A stretch of 64,000 nt of DNA. It comes from Scyliorhinus canicula. Taxonomy: Eukaryota. Positions 1 to 13,837 of this stretch are shown here, one piece after another. The first letter of the stretch is position 1. Each line of letters begins with the position of its first letter. Where the stretch lies: positions 104,587,098 through 104,651,097 of the forward strand of contig NC_052148.1 in assembly GCF_902713615.1 (NCBI RefSeq), given 5' to 3'. A model generated the notes under the pieces. That model had not been told where the DNA came from and did no database searches. It saw only the letters and a list, made by a program, of their open reading frames with translations. A program made the position numbers and the translations under genes.

Positions 1-1437
<1,437 letters not shown>

Positions 1438-2387
1438 ATTCTCTGCTCCAGCTTATTTGCTCCCTTCTGCCCAGTTTCAGTGGTTGCCCTTTGAGCTACT
1501 ATGGTTCTGCTCTCTCATACGATCCCTCAATTTCTTCAAATCCCTTCTCAATTTTGAAAGTTGTGTTTTGTGTTCTGTTTTCTCCTATTCCTGCTATGAA
1601 TAGTCCATTTTCTGTTTCTACATTGACTTTATGGGCTTTGTGATCAGATTTCTGTATTAGCTGACTTCACTAGCACGTCAGACTAAATTTTATCAGCCGT
1701 TGGGTGACATACTTATGGCATTTTGCCAGCACTGAGGCAGTGCCCGCTTTGTGGAGAGATTGCCAGATTCGTTAAGGCGGCCTTCCCCTAGCTACCTGAA
1801 ATTGGTGGTGGGGCTGTGGGGGGTTGGGAATGGGTGCCATTGCAGTCAGATATTCCATGCCCCAAAGAGTGGGCTGTAAGCAGGGTCGTTCACCACTGTG
1901 GCCCCAGCGATGCCACCTGGAGAGGTTTCATTGCTGATCAGCCTGGTCTACCATGCTCCGCCATCCTGAATTTGACATTTTATGACTTGCCTGCCTCAGC
2001 AGCAGCCACCTCTTCCAATGGTGCTGCTAAGGTTTCAGAGCTGCTGGCCCTCTGATTGAGCTGGCAGCATGCAGAATTTTCAGCTGGCAAGAGACCACAT
2101 AGGAGAATGGCTGTGGTAAAACCATTGAGCTAGCAAGTGTGGGCTCAGGACCCATTTTCCGGCCCAACACAAGGTCCCAACGGCTGTAGTCAAATTTAAC
2201 CCACTGGGCAAAGTTTTCAGCCTCACGCCGCCGGTGGATTATTGAGGCATGGCTTTTGAAACTAACATTTTATTGCAGCTCTCCAGAAAATGCATTTAAT
2301 CACTCTCACCGTAAGCATGTGTTAGACTAAGTAATATTCAGGTTAAATTTGGGGGGAAGGGATGCATTTGAATATAATTATTTCTGA

Positions 2388-2762
<375 letters not shown>

Positions 2763-3194
2763 TGAATCATTTCAATAACTAATAAATACCCTAGTAGGAG
2801 ATGTTACATCTATGATTTAATTTTATTTGTACTATTTAAGAGTTAGATTCATTGCACTTGTGCTTATTGTGTTGGTGTTAATATATAAATCAAAACTATG
2901 AAACCCATCATTACACGCTCACATCAGCTAACTTTTGCAGATAGTTCAGCCTGGATTTTCTGTATCATTGTGCCCGATTTTTGGAAAGTACAGTGGATGC
3001 ATGCTCACTCTTAGGCCCGCCGCCATTTCCAATGGGTGGTGAAAGCTCCCATTTTAAAGGGCTGGATACGATTGGAAATTGGTGAACCAAGGCACAGTCT
3101 AGTAATGGAGTGCCCTGTTATTTTGCTGCAGCTGTAATAAAGGGAGAAGTGAATTTGAAGGGAGTTAGTGTACATGAGTAAGGAGATCTGGCAG

Positions 3195-3480
3195 TAATTG
3201 TGGACGGTTTTAGTAAGACCGCAGAACACACGATAATCAATACTGAGGAGGACTCCGACAACCGATTGGAGATCATTAACAAACTTGCAGAATGGATAAA
3301 TCATCAGCAAATGAAGTTCAGCACCGATAAATGTGAGCACATTGTGGTAGGAAGAATAGGGAGGTCGCTTATTACTTGGAAGGTGTAAGTCTAGGTGGGG
3401 TAGATAAACAAAGGGATCTGAGTACAAATATGCCAAATGCTAAAATTTGCACCACAGGTTAACAAGGCCATTAAAAAAAA
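3195..3480 (+). mobile_element. Old CR1 LINE RT fragment
   Basis: INKLAEWINHQQMKFSTDKCEHIV resembles CR1 'DRL..WA..WQM.FN..KCEV'. Confidence 0.7.
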
Positions 3481-3487
3481 AATACTA

Positions 3488-3998
3488 GGGGCTGGATTCT
3501 CCATTTCTGAGACTAAGTGTTAATGCTACCGGAGAATCCATGGACTTTTACGGCAGAAAAAATGACGCCGCACCTGAATCGATTCCGCTATTGTGGAGGG
3601 GCTTGCACCAATGCCGCATGGAACACAATCGATTCCACTGAAACATAGTACGGGATTCGCCGGGTCCATGATTGACACGCAGAAGGCTGACAAGCTGTAG
3701 CCGCACATACACATACACTCCCGACCCACACTTACCCAACCAAAAAGATGGCACTGGTTGTGCTGGAGAGCACCCATACAGCTGATGGATCGTCTGGGGC
3801 CAGGGCGTGCCCTGGGGGGACATCTATATGACCCATGGCACCAGGTTCAAAGCGGCCTGTTAGCGGTGTGCGCAGCTGCATAGCTGCTTTGCCGGTTGAG
3901 ACAATGGTGTTCCGTGCCCGCCCACCCCGACCCCACAGCCCACTTCCTGACCACCCCCCACTACTACCCCCAGCCCTGGCAGAAGCACCCGGCCAGCA
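3488..3998 (+). mobile_element. Harbinger-derived non-autonomous element/MITE, left part
   Basis: Starts GGGGCTGGATTCTCC, the same TIR type as the 62541-63114 MITE; GC-rich; right end replaced by a SINE. Confidence 0.6.
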
Positions 3999-4226
3999 GC
4001 ACATTCTCTGCGTGGGTTTCCTCCGGGTGCGCTGGTTTCCTCCCATAGTCCAAAGATGTGTAGGTTAAGTAAATTGGTCACAGCAAATTGCCCCTTAGTG
4101 TCCAAAACGTTAGGTGGGGGTTACTGGGTTACAAGGATAGGGTGGAAGCATGGGCTTAAGTAGGGTGCTTTTTCCAAGGACTAATGGAGACTCGATGGGC
4201 CGAATGGCCTCCTTCTGCATTGTAAA
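3999..4226 (+). mobile_element. HE1/V-SINE, 5'-truncated, CR1-type tail
   Basis: V-domain GTGGGTTTCCTCCGGGTGCGCTGGTTTCCTCCCA and tail GATGGGCCGAATGGCCTCCTTCTGCA...(ATTCTATG). Confidence 0.85.
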
Positions 4227-6990
4227 TTCCATCAATCTATGATTCATATTTTGCCCCTCCTGGCCTGCACAGTTGCCCCACCGCATTTCTTGGGGACACA
4301 GGTCCAAACTCCACCTGGAGTTTCTGTCTCTCCTTCAACAGCGCCTCCTCAGATGCCGCTAAGTACCTCTGGTCAACCCTCAGAATGACCTCAACCAACC
4401 TCAACCTCTCAGCCCTATTCACCCTCTCCTTATGCGCCTGGATCGAGATAAACTCCCCCCTTACCACCGCCTTCAGCGCCTCCCACAATGTGGAAGCGGA
4501 AACCTCCCTTGTCTTATTCTGTTCCACATAATTCCGGATGGTCACCACTATCTTCTCGCAAGCTTCTCTATCCACCAATAACCCCACATCCAGCCTCCAC
4601 TGTGGCTGTTGGGGACTCCCCTTTTCCACCCGCAAATCCACCCAATGCAGCGTGTGGTCAATCACCACACTCGCCGAATACTCCAATCCAACGCCCACCA
4701 ACAGCACCTTGTCCAGGACAAAGAAGTCAATCTTGGAGTACACCCGGTGGACGTGCGAGAGGTACAAAAATTGCCTCACCCTCGGCTTCTCAAACTGCCA
4801 CGTCTGCCCCTCACATTTGCTCCATGAATCCTAACAGCATCTTTGCCATGGCCGACACCTTCCGGGACCTGAAACATGGCCGGTCCAATCTAGGATCCAG
4901 TACCGTATTAAAATGCCCCCCATAATCAGACGGTGCATATCCAGGTCTGGAATCTTTGCCAAACCCACTTCAACACTCCACGTCATCCCAATTTGGGGTA
5001 TACACATTCACCAGCACCACGAGCGTCCCCTCCAATCTCCCATTCACCATCAGAAATCTACCCTCAGGGTCTGTCACTATACGCCCCACCTTAAAAGCTA
5101 CCCTCGTATTGATCAACCCCCATCGTCTTCAGATATGAATGGAATACCTGCTACACTCAGCCGTTCCTCAACCTTGTCTGGTCCCCTATCTTCAAATGCG
5201 TCTCCTGAAGAAACACCTCATCCGCCTTCAAACTCCTTCAATGAGCGAAAACGCAAGACCTCTTAATCGGCCCATTTAATACCCGAATGTTCTAGATAAT
5301 CAACAGGGTCATGGGGCTCTGCACCCCCCTCCTTAGTCAGCCACAGCCCTTCTTTATCCAGCTGCACCAGGTCCATGCCTCGCTCACCCTCGGGGGGGCG
5401 GGGGGGCCCAAGATGTCTTCCACCATCTCCTCTTAATCAACTGTACTGCGCCAACTCTACCCATGTCAGCATCCCCCCCCGCATAAGCAAAAAAAAGAAA
5501 ACCAGCCCACCCTACTTACCCCTTCCCACACTCCCTCCATGGACCAACCTCCCACTTCACTCCTGTTAACCAACCTACCTATGGGCGGCACGGTGGCGCA
5601 GTGATTACCACCGCTGCCTCACGGCACTGAGGACCCGGGTTCGATCGCAGCCTCGGGTCACTGTCCGTGTGGAGTTTGCACATTCTCCCTGTGTCTCGGC
5701 GCACAATCCATCTTTGATGCAGGGTGGGTGGATTTTCCACGCTAAATTGCTCCTTAATTGGAAAAAAAAGAATTGGGTTCTCTAAATATTTTTAAAAACT
5801 AGCCTACCTACTAGCATGGTGGTCCACACTCGATGGAACAGCCTACCCCCCCTCTCCCCTATCACCCCTCACCACAAGAACTGTTGAACACACTTACCAA
5901 TCCACATCGAAACGCAGTAAATATCACAATTCTTGCTGCATATATATACCCACATTCCCCATACTGGCATCTCCAAAGTTCAATGTCCTCATGTCCCCCA
6001 GTCCATGGTCTCTCGTATATTTACTTGCCTCCTCTGCCATATCAAGATAGAATTCCTGATTTTGGTGCGTGACCCCCAAATGAACAGGATACATCATCCT
6101 AAACTTCACTCCATTCTTGTGGAGGGCTACCTTGATGCTATTGAACCCTGCCCGCTGCTTGGCCAACTGCACACCCAAGTCCTGGTAGATACGCATCACG
6201 TTTCCTTCGCAGGTACATTCTCTCGTCTCCTTCGACCACCACTGAACCTTCTCTTTGTTCAGAAAACAATGCGTACGCACCACCATCACCCTCAGCTGCT
6301 CCCCACATTCGGTCTCCTCCTCATCACCCTGTGCGCTGAATCCACCTGGGGAGGACGGTTAAAGACGTCCCTCCCCCACCAACGCCTCAAACATATTCGT
6401 CACATGCTTTTTGGCCTGTGATTCTCCTCAGTCTCTTCGGGCAGCCCCACAATCCGAAGGTTCTGCCTCCTGAAGCGATTCTCCTGGTCCTCCGCCTCTC
6501 CCCCAGCCACTTCTGGCCCTCTGTCATGAGCACAATCTCTGCCTTCAATGAGGCCAACCGGTCCTCACATGATCCACCACCGACTGCTGCACCTTCGGGA
6601 GCGCTGAACTCTGCACCTCCAGCCTTTGCTCCATTCTCTATACAGCCACCCTGATCGGCTCCACCACCTTAACCAGGTCCTCCAAGGCCTCTTGCCTCTG
6701 CTGTTGGAACTTGGCATTCAGAAACTCCACCAATTGCTCAGTAAACCACTTCGCCGGGACGACACCCCAGAGCTGTCTGCCAACTTTCCTTCTGTCACAC
6801 TTCAAAAGTCCTCCCGGCCAGACTGCTGCCCCTTAATCGTTACACACCTCGTTCGGTAAGCCATATACAGGCCCAACTGGAGGAGAATATCTGTCTCTCA
6901 TTGTTTGTGCACTTTGCACCAGCAAACACCCACTAATTGGGTAAAAAGGAACAAATAATTCCACCTCAAGTAGAGTCGACAAATGTGCAA
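4227..6990 (-). mobile_element. Decayed L1-clade LINE: 5' UTR, ORF1 and ORF2 endonuclease; 3' part missing
   Basis: ORF1 C-terminus IYQDLGVQLAKQRAGFNSIKVALHKNGVKFRMMYP (5924-6289); APE endonuclease SHVHRVYSKIDFF...DH...WRLDVGLL...LWEALKAVVRGEFI (4237-4779). Confidence 0.9.
5583..5795 (+). mobile_element. V-SINE, short A-rich tail variant, inserted in L1
   Basis: tRNA head GGGCGGCACGGTGGCGCAGTG...GGTTCGATC; tail TTAATTGGAAAAAAAAGAATTGGG; imperfect ~14 bp TSD (aaccaacctaccta / aactagcctaccta). Confidence 0.85.
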
Positions 6991-7014
6991 CCACTCACAC
7001 CATGGCCGTCACCG

Positions 7015-7412
7015 AATGTCATCGTCTGCATGTCTGACATCAGAATTCAAAAACAAGTGCTCTACTCTGAGCTTCAAAACTGCAAGCGAGCCACAGGAGG
7101 GCAGAGAAAAAGCTTCAAGGACACCCTCAAAGATTCCTTGAAAAAGTGCAATATCCCCACTGACACTTGGGAATTCCTGGCCCAAGACTACTCAAAGTGG
7201 AGGAAAAGCATCTGGGAAGGAGCTGATCCCCTTAGTTGCCGAGAGCAAGCTGAAGCCAAGTGTCGACAGTGAAAAGAACGGAAACCCGGGTACCACCCAA
7301 CTGCTCCTCCAACCATTATATGCCCCACCTGTGACAGTGTCTGTAGGTCACACATTGGACTCATTTTTAGTGTTGAAGCAAGTCATCCTCGACTCAGAGG
7401 GATGACCTAATG
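7015..7412 (+). mobile_element. RTE-clade LINE 3' fragment
   Basis: RIQKQVLYSELQNCKRATGGQRKSFKDTLKDSLK...WEFLAQDYSKWRK, a typical RTE C-terminus. Confidence 0.82.
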
Positions 7413-7413
7413 A

Positions 7414-7970
7414 GGACATCACTGCAGGAGTTCCTCAGATAAATGTCCTAGGCCCAACAATCTTCAGCTGCATCATCAAAGATTTCCCATTCATTATAAT
7501 GTCAGAGGTAGGGGTGTTTGCTGCTGATGGCACAGTGTTTAATATCATTCGAACTCCTCAGGTACTGAAGCAGTTCATGACTACATGCAGCAAGGGCTGG
7601 ATAACATTAAGGCTTGGCCTAATACATGGCAAGTAGCATTTGTGCCACATAGTACCAAGTAATGAACATCTTCAATAAGAAAATCTAACCATCTCCCCAT
7701 GACATTCAATGGAATCTCCCACCATCAACCGTCTGACTGAAACATAGCTGGACCAGCCACATAAATACTGTGGCTATAAGAGCAAGCATGGGTCTGAGAA
7801 TTCTGCAGCAAGCAACTCACCTGCTGACTCCCCAAAGCCATTTCACTATCTACAAGGCACACATCACAAGTGTAATGGAATACTCTGCATTTGGCTGGAT
7901 GAGTGTAGCTCCAACAACACTCTATGTTCAGTACCATCAAGGACAAAGTAGTCCACTTGATTGGCACCCC
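7414..7970 (+). mobile_element. CR1/L2-group LINE RT fragment, same family as 21450-24922
   Basis: GCAGGAGTTCCTCAG...CTAGGCCCAACAATCTTCAGCTGC matches 23940-23990; GGATGAGTGTAGCTCCAACAACACTC matches 24437-24462. Confidence 0.8.
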
Positions 7971-9737
7971 ATCGGAGTGTCTGATATTTCTTCCCTTGCT
8001 TCTCTCAGTAGGCTGGGATACATTTAATCTGAGCCTGGTTATCTATTTTTAAGGACGCCAAACATCTTAATATTTCCTCCCCATATTTATCCCATCAAAT
8101 AATTCACACTTCCTCCTTAACTGCGATGTGTTTATCTTTCCCTTGTTTTATGGTCTGACATTATTTTTTTAATAAAGCATGGGTCATTCTTAATCCTTCT
8201 GTTTGCATGTAATATATTGGAAACAAGTAGTTAGAGTCATGTTTTTACTGATAATGGCATTAGATTAATAAATTATTTATAAAGACTAGTGTAGCAACCA
8301 ATTATAACAAATATTGATGTGTTTATGCAAATATTGTAATAGATAGGTCTGTTTGAAAATCATGAACGACATTCTATAATCAAAGACTTAATGACAATTT
8401 CAGTCCATCTGGGCTTTATTGCTGAAGTATCTTTTATTAAGGTTACACGGGTTCAGAGCCTCAAAGCACTGAAAACCAGAATAACAACAAATAGCATTCA
8501 AGGCATTCTAACCATTATGAAGCCCAGACTTATGCCATGACAGAGAGGCAACAATTCCAGAAATAATTAAAATTGATATGTCCCACTCCCAAACCCAATA
8601 TTTACCATCTTCACAGGGGCATAAGTGGAGTTGGGCCGAGCTTCACATATGCAGATTCATGGAGGCTGCCGGCCATTTTAATCAGCAGTTGCGTCCATTG
8701 AAGTGGGATTTTCGTAGGACAAGAGTGTGAATGCCAAGTGTGCAGATTAGAACAGATAGATGATGAAACTTGGTGGATTTGTTTGGTTAGCCAGGTTACC
8801 CCTTTGGAGAGGCAAAGTATCCCTTCGGATAGGCGTCCTGGGAATCCTTTGGGAGAGGTAAGGTGCCTTTGAGAATGTTAAAAGTGAATGTGATTTTGCC
8901 CTTATTGTGCACAAACCCATTGGAACTGTCCAGCTATCAAAGCTGGCAAGCAAGTGTCAAGCAAATGTCCAAGGTTAGTTGGCATGGAGGGGGTAAAGGT
9001 GGTGGGTGGGGAATGAGTTGACATGAAGTTAGCTCATGATATGAGGGGCTATGAGGTGGATAGAGTGTCATGGGTTGGCATTGGTTGGCATGAATGGAGC
9101 CTGGGCAGCGCCCCCCCCCCTCCCCCCTCCATTTGCCGGAATGAAGATTTTCTAAAGGTCAGGTTCATTGAGCTGGGAAGTCTTCCGACTCTGAAAACGC
9201 TGGCTGGGGATGATTATATGGGACTATATCTTATTCAGCAAGCAATTTAAAGTGGAGTATATACAAAGTAAAAATCCTGCAAACACTGATGCCATATTTG
9301 ATTCGAGAATTGGGGGTTAATTTCTGACAAACAGGATGGAATTTATTAATGTCAAAATACAATATGCAGGCACTGAAATAGAAACACAAGATTGAAGAAA
9401 TACACAGCATCTGTGGAGTTTCAGATCAATAAATTTTGTGAGAATCCAGTAATCTATGAATATAAAATCAAGGTTTCTCTCACCCAAAAATAGTTTCTAA
9501 TGCATAGATTAAATTATTTTTGTATCTATGTAATTTTGGATAATTGTAAAAATTAAAAACAAAAAGACATTTGTGCATTTAGGTGGTCTTTGATGTTTAG
9601 TTTCAGCTTCATACTAGCTGTTATGTAATTCACATTACTGCAGCTTTCATGTCTAAAAGAATATTTACAAGTGAGTATCATACAAGGTTTCTGATTTTGA
9701 CTTGTACATTGTGGAATAATACATGCCTTATTTGCAG

Positions 9738-9886
9738 GGAAAAAGAAAAATAAACGAGGGATCTTGGAAACAACAATGCACACATCACCAGCAGGAGCCC
9801 CACCACCCATTCCAAAAAGAATTGTTCAAAATAAACCATTGACAGCAGTCATAGAGACTGAAATTGCAGCAACCGGAATCTCATAA
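9738..9886 (+). CDS. SHISAL2B: Probable SHISAL2B terminal coding exon (cytoplasmic tail)
   Basis: tttgcag acceptor 9731-9737; phase-1 compatible with exon 2414-2571. Reads (R)KKKNKRGILETTMHTSPAGAPPPIPKRIVQNKPLTAVIETEIAATGIS* with TAA at 9884-9886. Similar length to the human tail, followed by a non-repetitive AT-rich UTR. Sequence similarity to human is weak. Confidence 0.7.
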
Positions 9887-10107
9887 GTTTGTATTCCTTA
9901 AATATGGAATCGTATTTTAACATAAATGTTAAGCCTATTTTACTAAGAACAAAAATACAAAAGTTAACTAAGGTATCCGTTTGTCAGATACAAAGTAATT
10001 GAGGATTACTGTTGTAAGTACATGAAGTGTATGTATTAGGTTGTGTTAAGAACTGAAGAGTAAATTGTTTAATGTATGTGGTTTGTGACTTTTATTTCAA
10101 ACTTAAA

Positions 10108-10113
10108 AATAAA
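10108..10113 (+). terminator. Candidate polyadenylation signal of SHISAL2B
   Basis: AATAAA about 220 nt after the putative stop codon. Confidence 0.45.
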
Positions 10114-10529
10114 ATGATTTACACAGAAAATAGATTACTTGGGAAAGAAAATCTATTCTAGATTCAGAATGATGGCAATTCAGGTGCCCAAAACATATAT
10201 TTTAATAAGGTTCTTTATATAAATGTTTTTTTTTTAAAATGCCACTAACTGAGTGAAGCAGGAAACACTGCCCACATATATCATACACCTTGGATCATGT
10301 CAGAAATTTGAAACTGGAAAATACTGATGGATTTCATTTTTGATTCTATGTAATGTTTCAACATAAGTAAGTTTGGAATTTTTTAAAGCTAGGAGGGATA
10401 ATTAACAATATCTGCTGCAGTGGAAAAAAAACTGCAGTACAAATATACTACTTCATTTAAGAACGAATATGAACAATTAATCAAAAAGAAAAATCCTGTT
10501 CAACAAATACTGGGCATTGCCAATGAACC

Positions 10530-11700
10530 ATTCAATTGAACCTTCACAACTTTCTAACCTTTAGATCTCAAATTATAGTCTTGATCATTCGTCTAATCAC
10601 TACTCAGTCTTATGCTGAGCAATTTTGGAGAATGTATTTTTTTTACTATTGGTATTTTAGCTCTGAAATCTTCACAGCAGCAACCATCTTCTGACAAGAT
10701 GCTTCCCAGGAACGTAATAGCTGTGATACCTGTTTGTGTTGTTGATCATTTACCTCAACAGTAGCACAATATCTTAACAGGGCAGCATGGTAGCACAGAT
10801 ATTGTTAGCACAGTTGCTTCACAGCTCCAGTGAACCAGATTCGATTCCCGGCTGGGTCACTGTCTGTGTGGAGTCTGCACGTTCTCCCCTGGTCTGTGTG
10901 GGTTTCCTCTGGGTGTTCCGGTTTCCTCCCACGGCCCAAAGATGTGCAGGTTAGGTGAATTGGCCATGTTAAAGTGCCCTTAGTGTCCAAAATGGTTAAG
11001 TGGGGTTACTAGGTTATAGAGATAGGGCGGAGGTGTGGGCTTAAGTAGGGTGCTCTTTCCAAGAGCAGGTGCCGACTCAATGGACCGAATGGCCTCCTTC
11101 TGCACTGTAAATTCTATGATTCTGTGATTAACCTCTACTTTATTCTGATCATTACTTTGTCTGGTCTTCATAACTTTATAAGTCTTTTTTACATTAATTT
11201 TCATTCCGTTAGCTTTCACCACTTTATTCATTTCATCCATTAGTATCTGTAGATTTCCTGCCGAGTTAGCCATTATGGCCTGATGGTCTTCAATTCTCAC
11301 AGTCTTCACCAATTAACCGTCTACTTGCTTCACCAATTGACCATCGACTTTAAAACATTCTAGTGTTTCTTTTAATCATGTCTGGAGAAGGATGGAGTGA
11401 GTCTGTTGAAGAGAACACAAGAGCAATCAAGATGTTCTCAGGATGGTGGAGGAGGAAAGGTTATTACTGATTATAATCAAGATAAGGCAACAAAGTTGGA
11501 TTGGCTACATTCTAAAGCATTAGAACATGCTGGCGGAGATAATTGAAGGAAGATTAGAGAGATGTAGAGCAAGAGGGAGAAAATGAATGATGGTGTTCAA
11601 CAACTTGAAATTGGAAATGGGAGGCTCCTACAAGCAACTGAAGAGGGTAGCGCAAGACAGTGAGGTGTGGCAAAATGAGCAGAGGAGCTGCCCTTAACAG
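10530..11700. mobile_element. Old RTE-like LINE with an inverted 5' segment (10530-11365 minus, 11378-11700 plus), interrupted by a SINE
   Basis: Minus: VKTVRIEDHQAIMANSAGNLQILMDEMNKVVKANGMKINVKKT. Plus: IKIRQQSWIGYILKH..LAEIIEGRLERCRARGR...YKQLKRVAQD (RTE C-terminus). Confidence 0.7.
10781..11128 (+). mobile_element. Full-length HE1/V-SINE, CR1-type tail
   Basis: GGCAGCATGGTAGCACAG head, V-domain, ATTCTATGATTCTGTG tail. Confidence 0.9.
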
Positions 11701-12160
11701 ATCACTACTGCTGCTATTTTTCTTACCCTGCTCTCTTGAAGATCCAAACTGGAATATAGTTATCGGGCTACCTGCAGACCTCCAGTACCTCACCCAAATG
11801 ACTATGTTTTATATGTGAGCCACAAATATGAGTGTTAGCAGGTTATGGAGAACATGAAAGCCAGTCTGTTCTGACCCAATTCTTGTTCACATGCATACAT
11901 TTTGTTGTTTCAGGGCTCACTGAATAATGATCAAGAGTGCAAATTTCAATTGCTTTTTATTGATTTCACAAGCCCAATGTACTGCTCCAGCTGCTGTTAT
12001 ATTATAGAAAATGAGGGCAGGGTTATCAGTTTGCTGCATTGTTCAGTGCTGAGTGGATTTTGCACCAGTTGTTGCCCCTTGCAAATATCCTGCATATGGT
12101 GTGCTGCCAGCCATGTTCCTATCTGCATCTGGAAATTGGTGGGAAATTGCCATTGTTACT

Positions 12161-12250
12161 GGCTCGTTGGTCTAGGGGTAAGATTCTCGTTTCAAGGGTT
12201 GTAATGCATGAAAATGTGAGAGGTCCTGGGTTCAAATCCCAGATGAGCCC
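12161..12250 (+). tRNA. tRNA-Pro-like gene/pseudogene with 18 extra nt in the anticodon loop (intron-like)
   Basis: GGCTCGTTGGTCTAGGGGTAAGATTCTCG...TGTGAGAGGTCCTGGGTTCAAATCCCAGATGAGCCC matches the vertebrate tRNA-Pro body; 90 nt instead of 72; substitutions mostly at CpG sites. Confidence 0.8.
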
Positions 12251-12282
12251 TTTGATGTTGTTCCTTATTAGTAAGCATTTTG

Positions 12283-12843
12283 GGGAGCATGGTGGTGCAG
12301 TAGTTAGCACTGCTGCCTCACGGTGCCGAGGTCTCAGTTCGATTCCGGCTCTGGGTCACTGTCCGTGTGGAGTTTGCACATTCTCCCTGTGTTTGCGTGG
12401 GTTTCGGCCACACAACCCAAAAATGTGAAAGCTTGGTGGATTGGCCACGCTAAATTGTCCCTTAATTGGAAAAAATGAATTGTGTACTCAAAATTTAAAA
12501 AACAATTGGTGGCAGCACGGTAGCACAAGTGGATAGCACTGTGGCTTCACAGCACCAGGGTCTCGGGTTCGATTCCCCGCTGGATCACTGTCTGCGCGGA
12601 GAGTCTGCACGTTCTCCCCGTGTCTGCGTGGTTTTCCTCCGATTGCTCCGGTTTCCGCTCACAATCCAAAGGTATGCAGGTTAGGTGGATTGGCCATGCT
12701 AAATCGCCCTTAGTGTCCAAAAAGGTTAGGAGGGGTTATTGGGTTACGGGGATAGGGTGGAAGTGAGGGCTTAAGTGGGTCGGTGCAGACTCGATGGGCC
12801 GAATGGCCTCATTCTGCACTGTTTAGTCTATGTATGTTCTATG
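12283..12843 (+). mobile_element. Two tandem V-SINEs: short-tail copy (12283-12505) followed by a CR1-tail HE1 copy (12508-12843)
   Basis: Two tRNA-derived heads with B-boxes and V-domains, each with a distinct tail. Confidence 0.88.
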
Positions 12844-13564
12844 AGACCAACAAGAAATTTGATTCTTTGGGACGAACAACCAAACTTGACAGTGAGAAGG
12901 GGGGACTTTCTCCCTACAATCAAATGCATTCACTAAGATAGAGCTTTTAAATTGAACATCTCACCTCCTGGACTGAACAATTTTGAACGCCACAAATCCC
13001 TGATACGTATCAGAAAAAGAGATCCAGAGGCTGACAAGCTTAGGGCAAGACTCAAACATGTGCGTGTGATTTGCCAGTCCCCAGAGCACCGTTTTTGTTA
13101 TTTTTAGTGAAAGTGTACCATTTATGGTGAGACAACCCACCTAAGGTAGTATCGTGGCTTTGTGGGAGTCAGTTTCATGTTGATGATAAAGTTCAGGACT
13201 TGACCGTGAACATATGGGGCACAATACCTCACACTTGAGCAGCAAAGGGCATGAGTGATTGTTTGGCTTGTCTTGCGGTCAGCTCCCAGGTTCCAGAGCA
13301 GGCAGTTCCTGGAATTCACTTTTTCCTGTCAGCATTTGGTCAAATGTGACCTCACAGAATCCTGGGTAATCATGGAGCACAAAGATTGTTGTTTTATTTG
13401 TTCCTCTTCCAGCACCCACTGGTGCACAAGTGAGATTTTCATCTGGTCTTGTCGTGCACGAATATCGTGCTATCATGGATGCTACTTTAGTGATTTTAGC
13501 AATATGCAGCCAGGGATATTTGGTCCTGCTGAGTATTTATCTCTTGCAAGAATATGATATCTTG

Positions 13565-13837
13565 GGTGACCTTGGGTGGTGCTTGCATGTTCCCGCGTGT
13601 CTGCGTGGGTTTCCTCCGGGTGTTCCGGTTTCCCCTCCAAATTCCAAAGACATGCACGATAGGTGGATTGGACATGCTAAATTGCCTCTTAGTGCCCAGA
13701 GATGTGTGGATTAGGTTATGGGGTTGCGGGGAAAGAGCGGAGAAGCGGGCCAAGATGGGATGCTCTTTTGGACGGTCGGTGCAGACACAATGGGTCCAAT
13801 GGCCTCCTTCTGCACTGTCGGGATTATATGATCCCAT
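13565..13837 (+). mobile_element. HE1/V-SINE whose tail is split by the Harbinger element (tail resumes at 25999)
   Basis: V-domain plus AATGGCCTCCTTCTGCACTG; tail ggattatatgatcccat | gatgattctat. Confidence 0.8.

Noticed and set aside
5583-5660. SINE heads as tRNA genes (also at the other V-SINE copies)
   Set aside because: tRNA-derived A/B boxes run directly into the V-domain and do not form complete cloverleaves.
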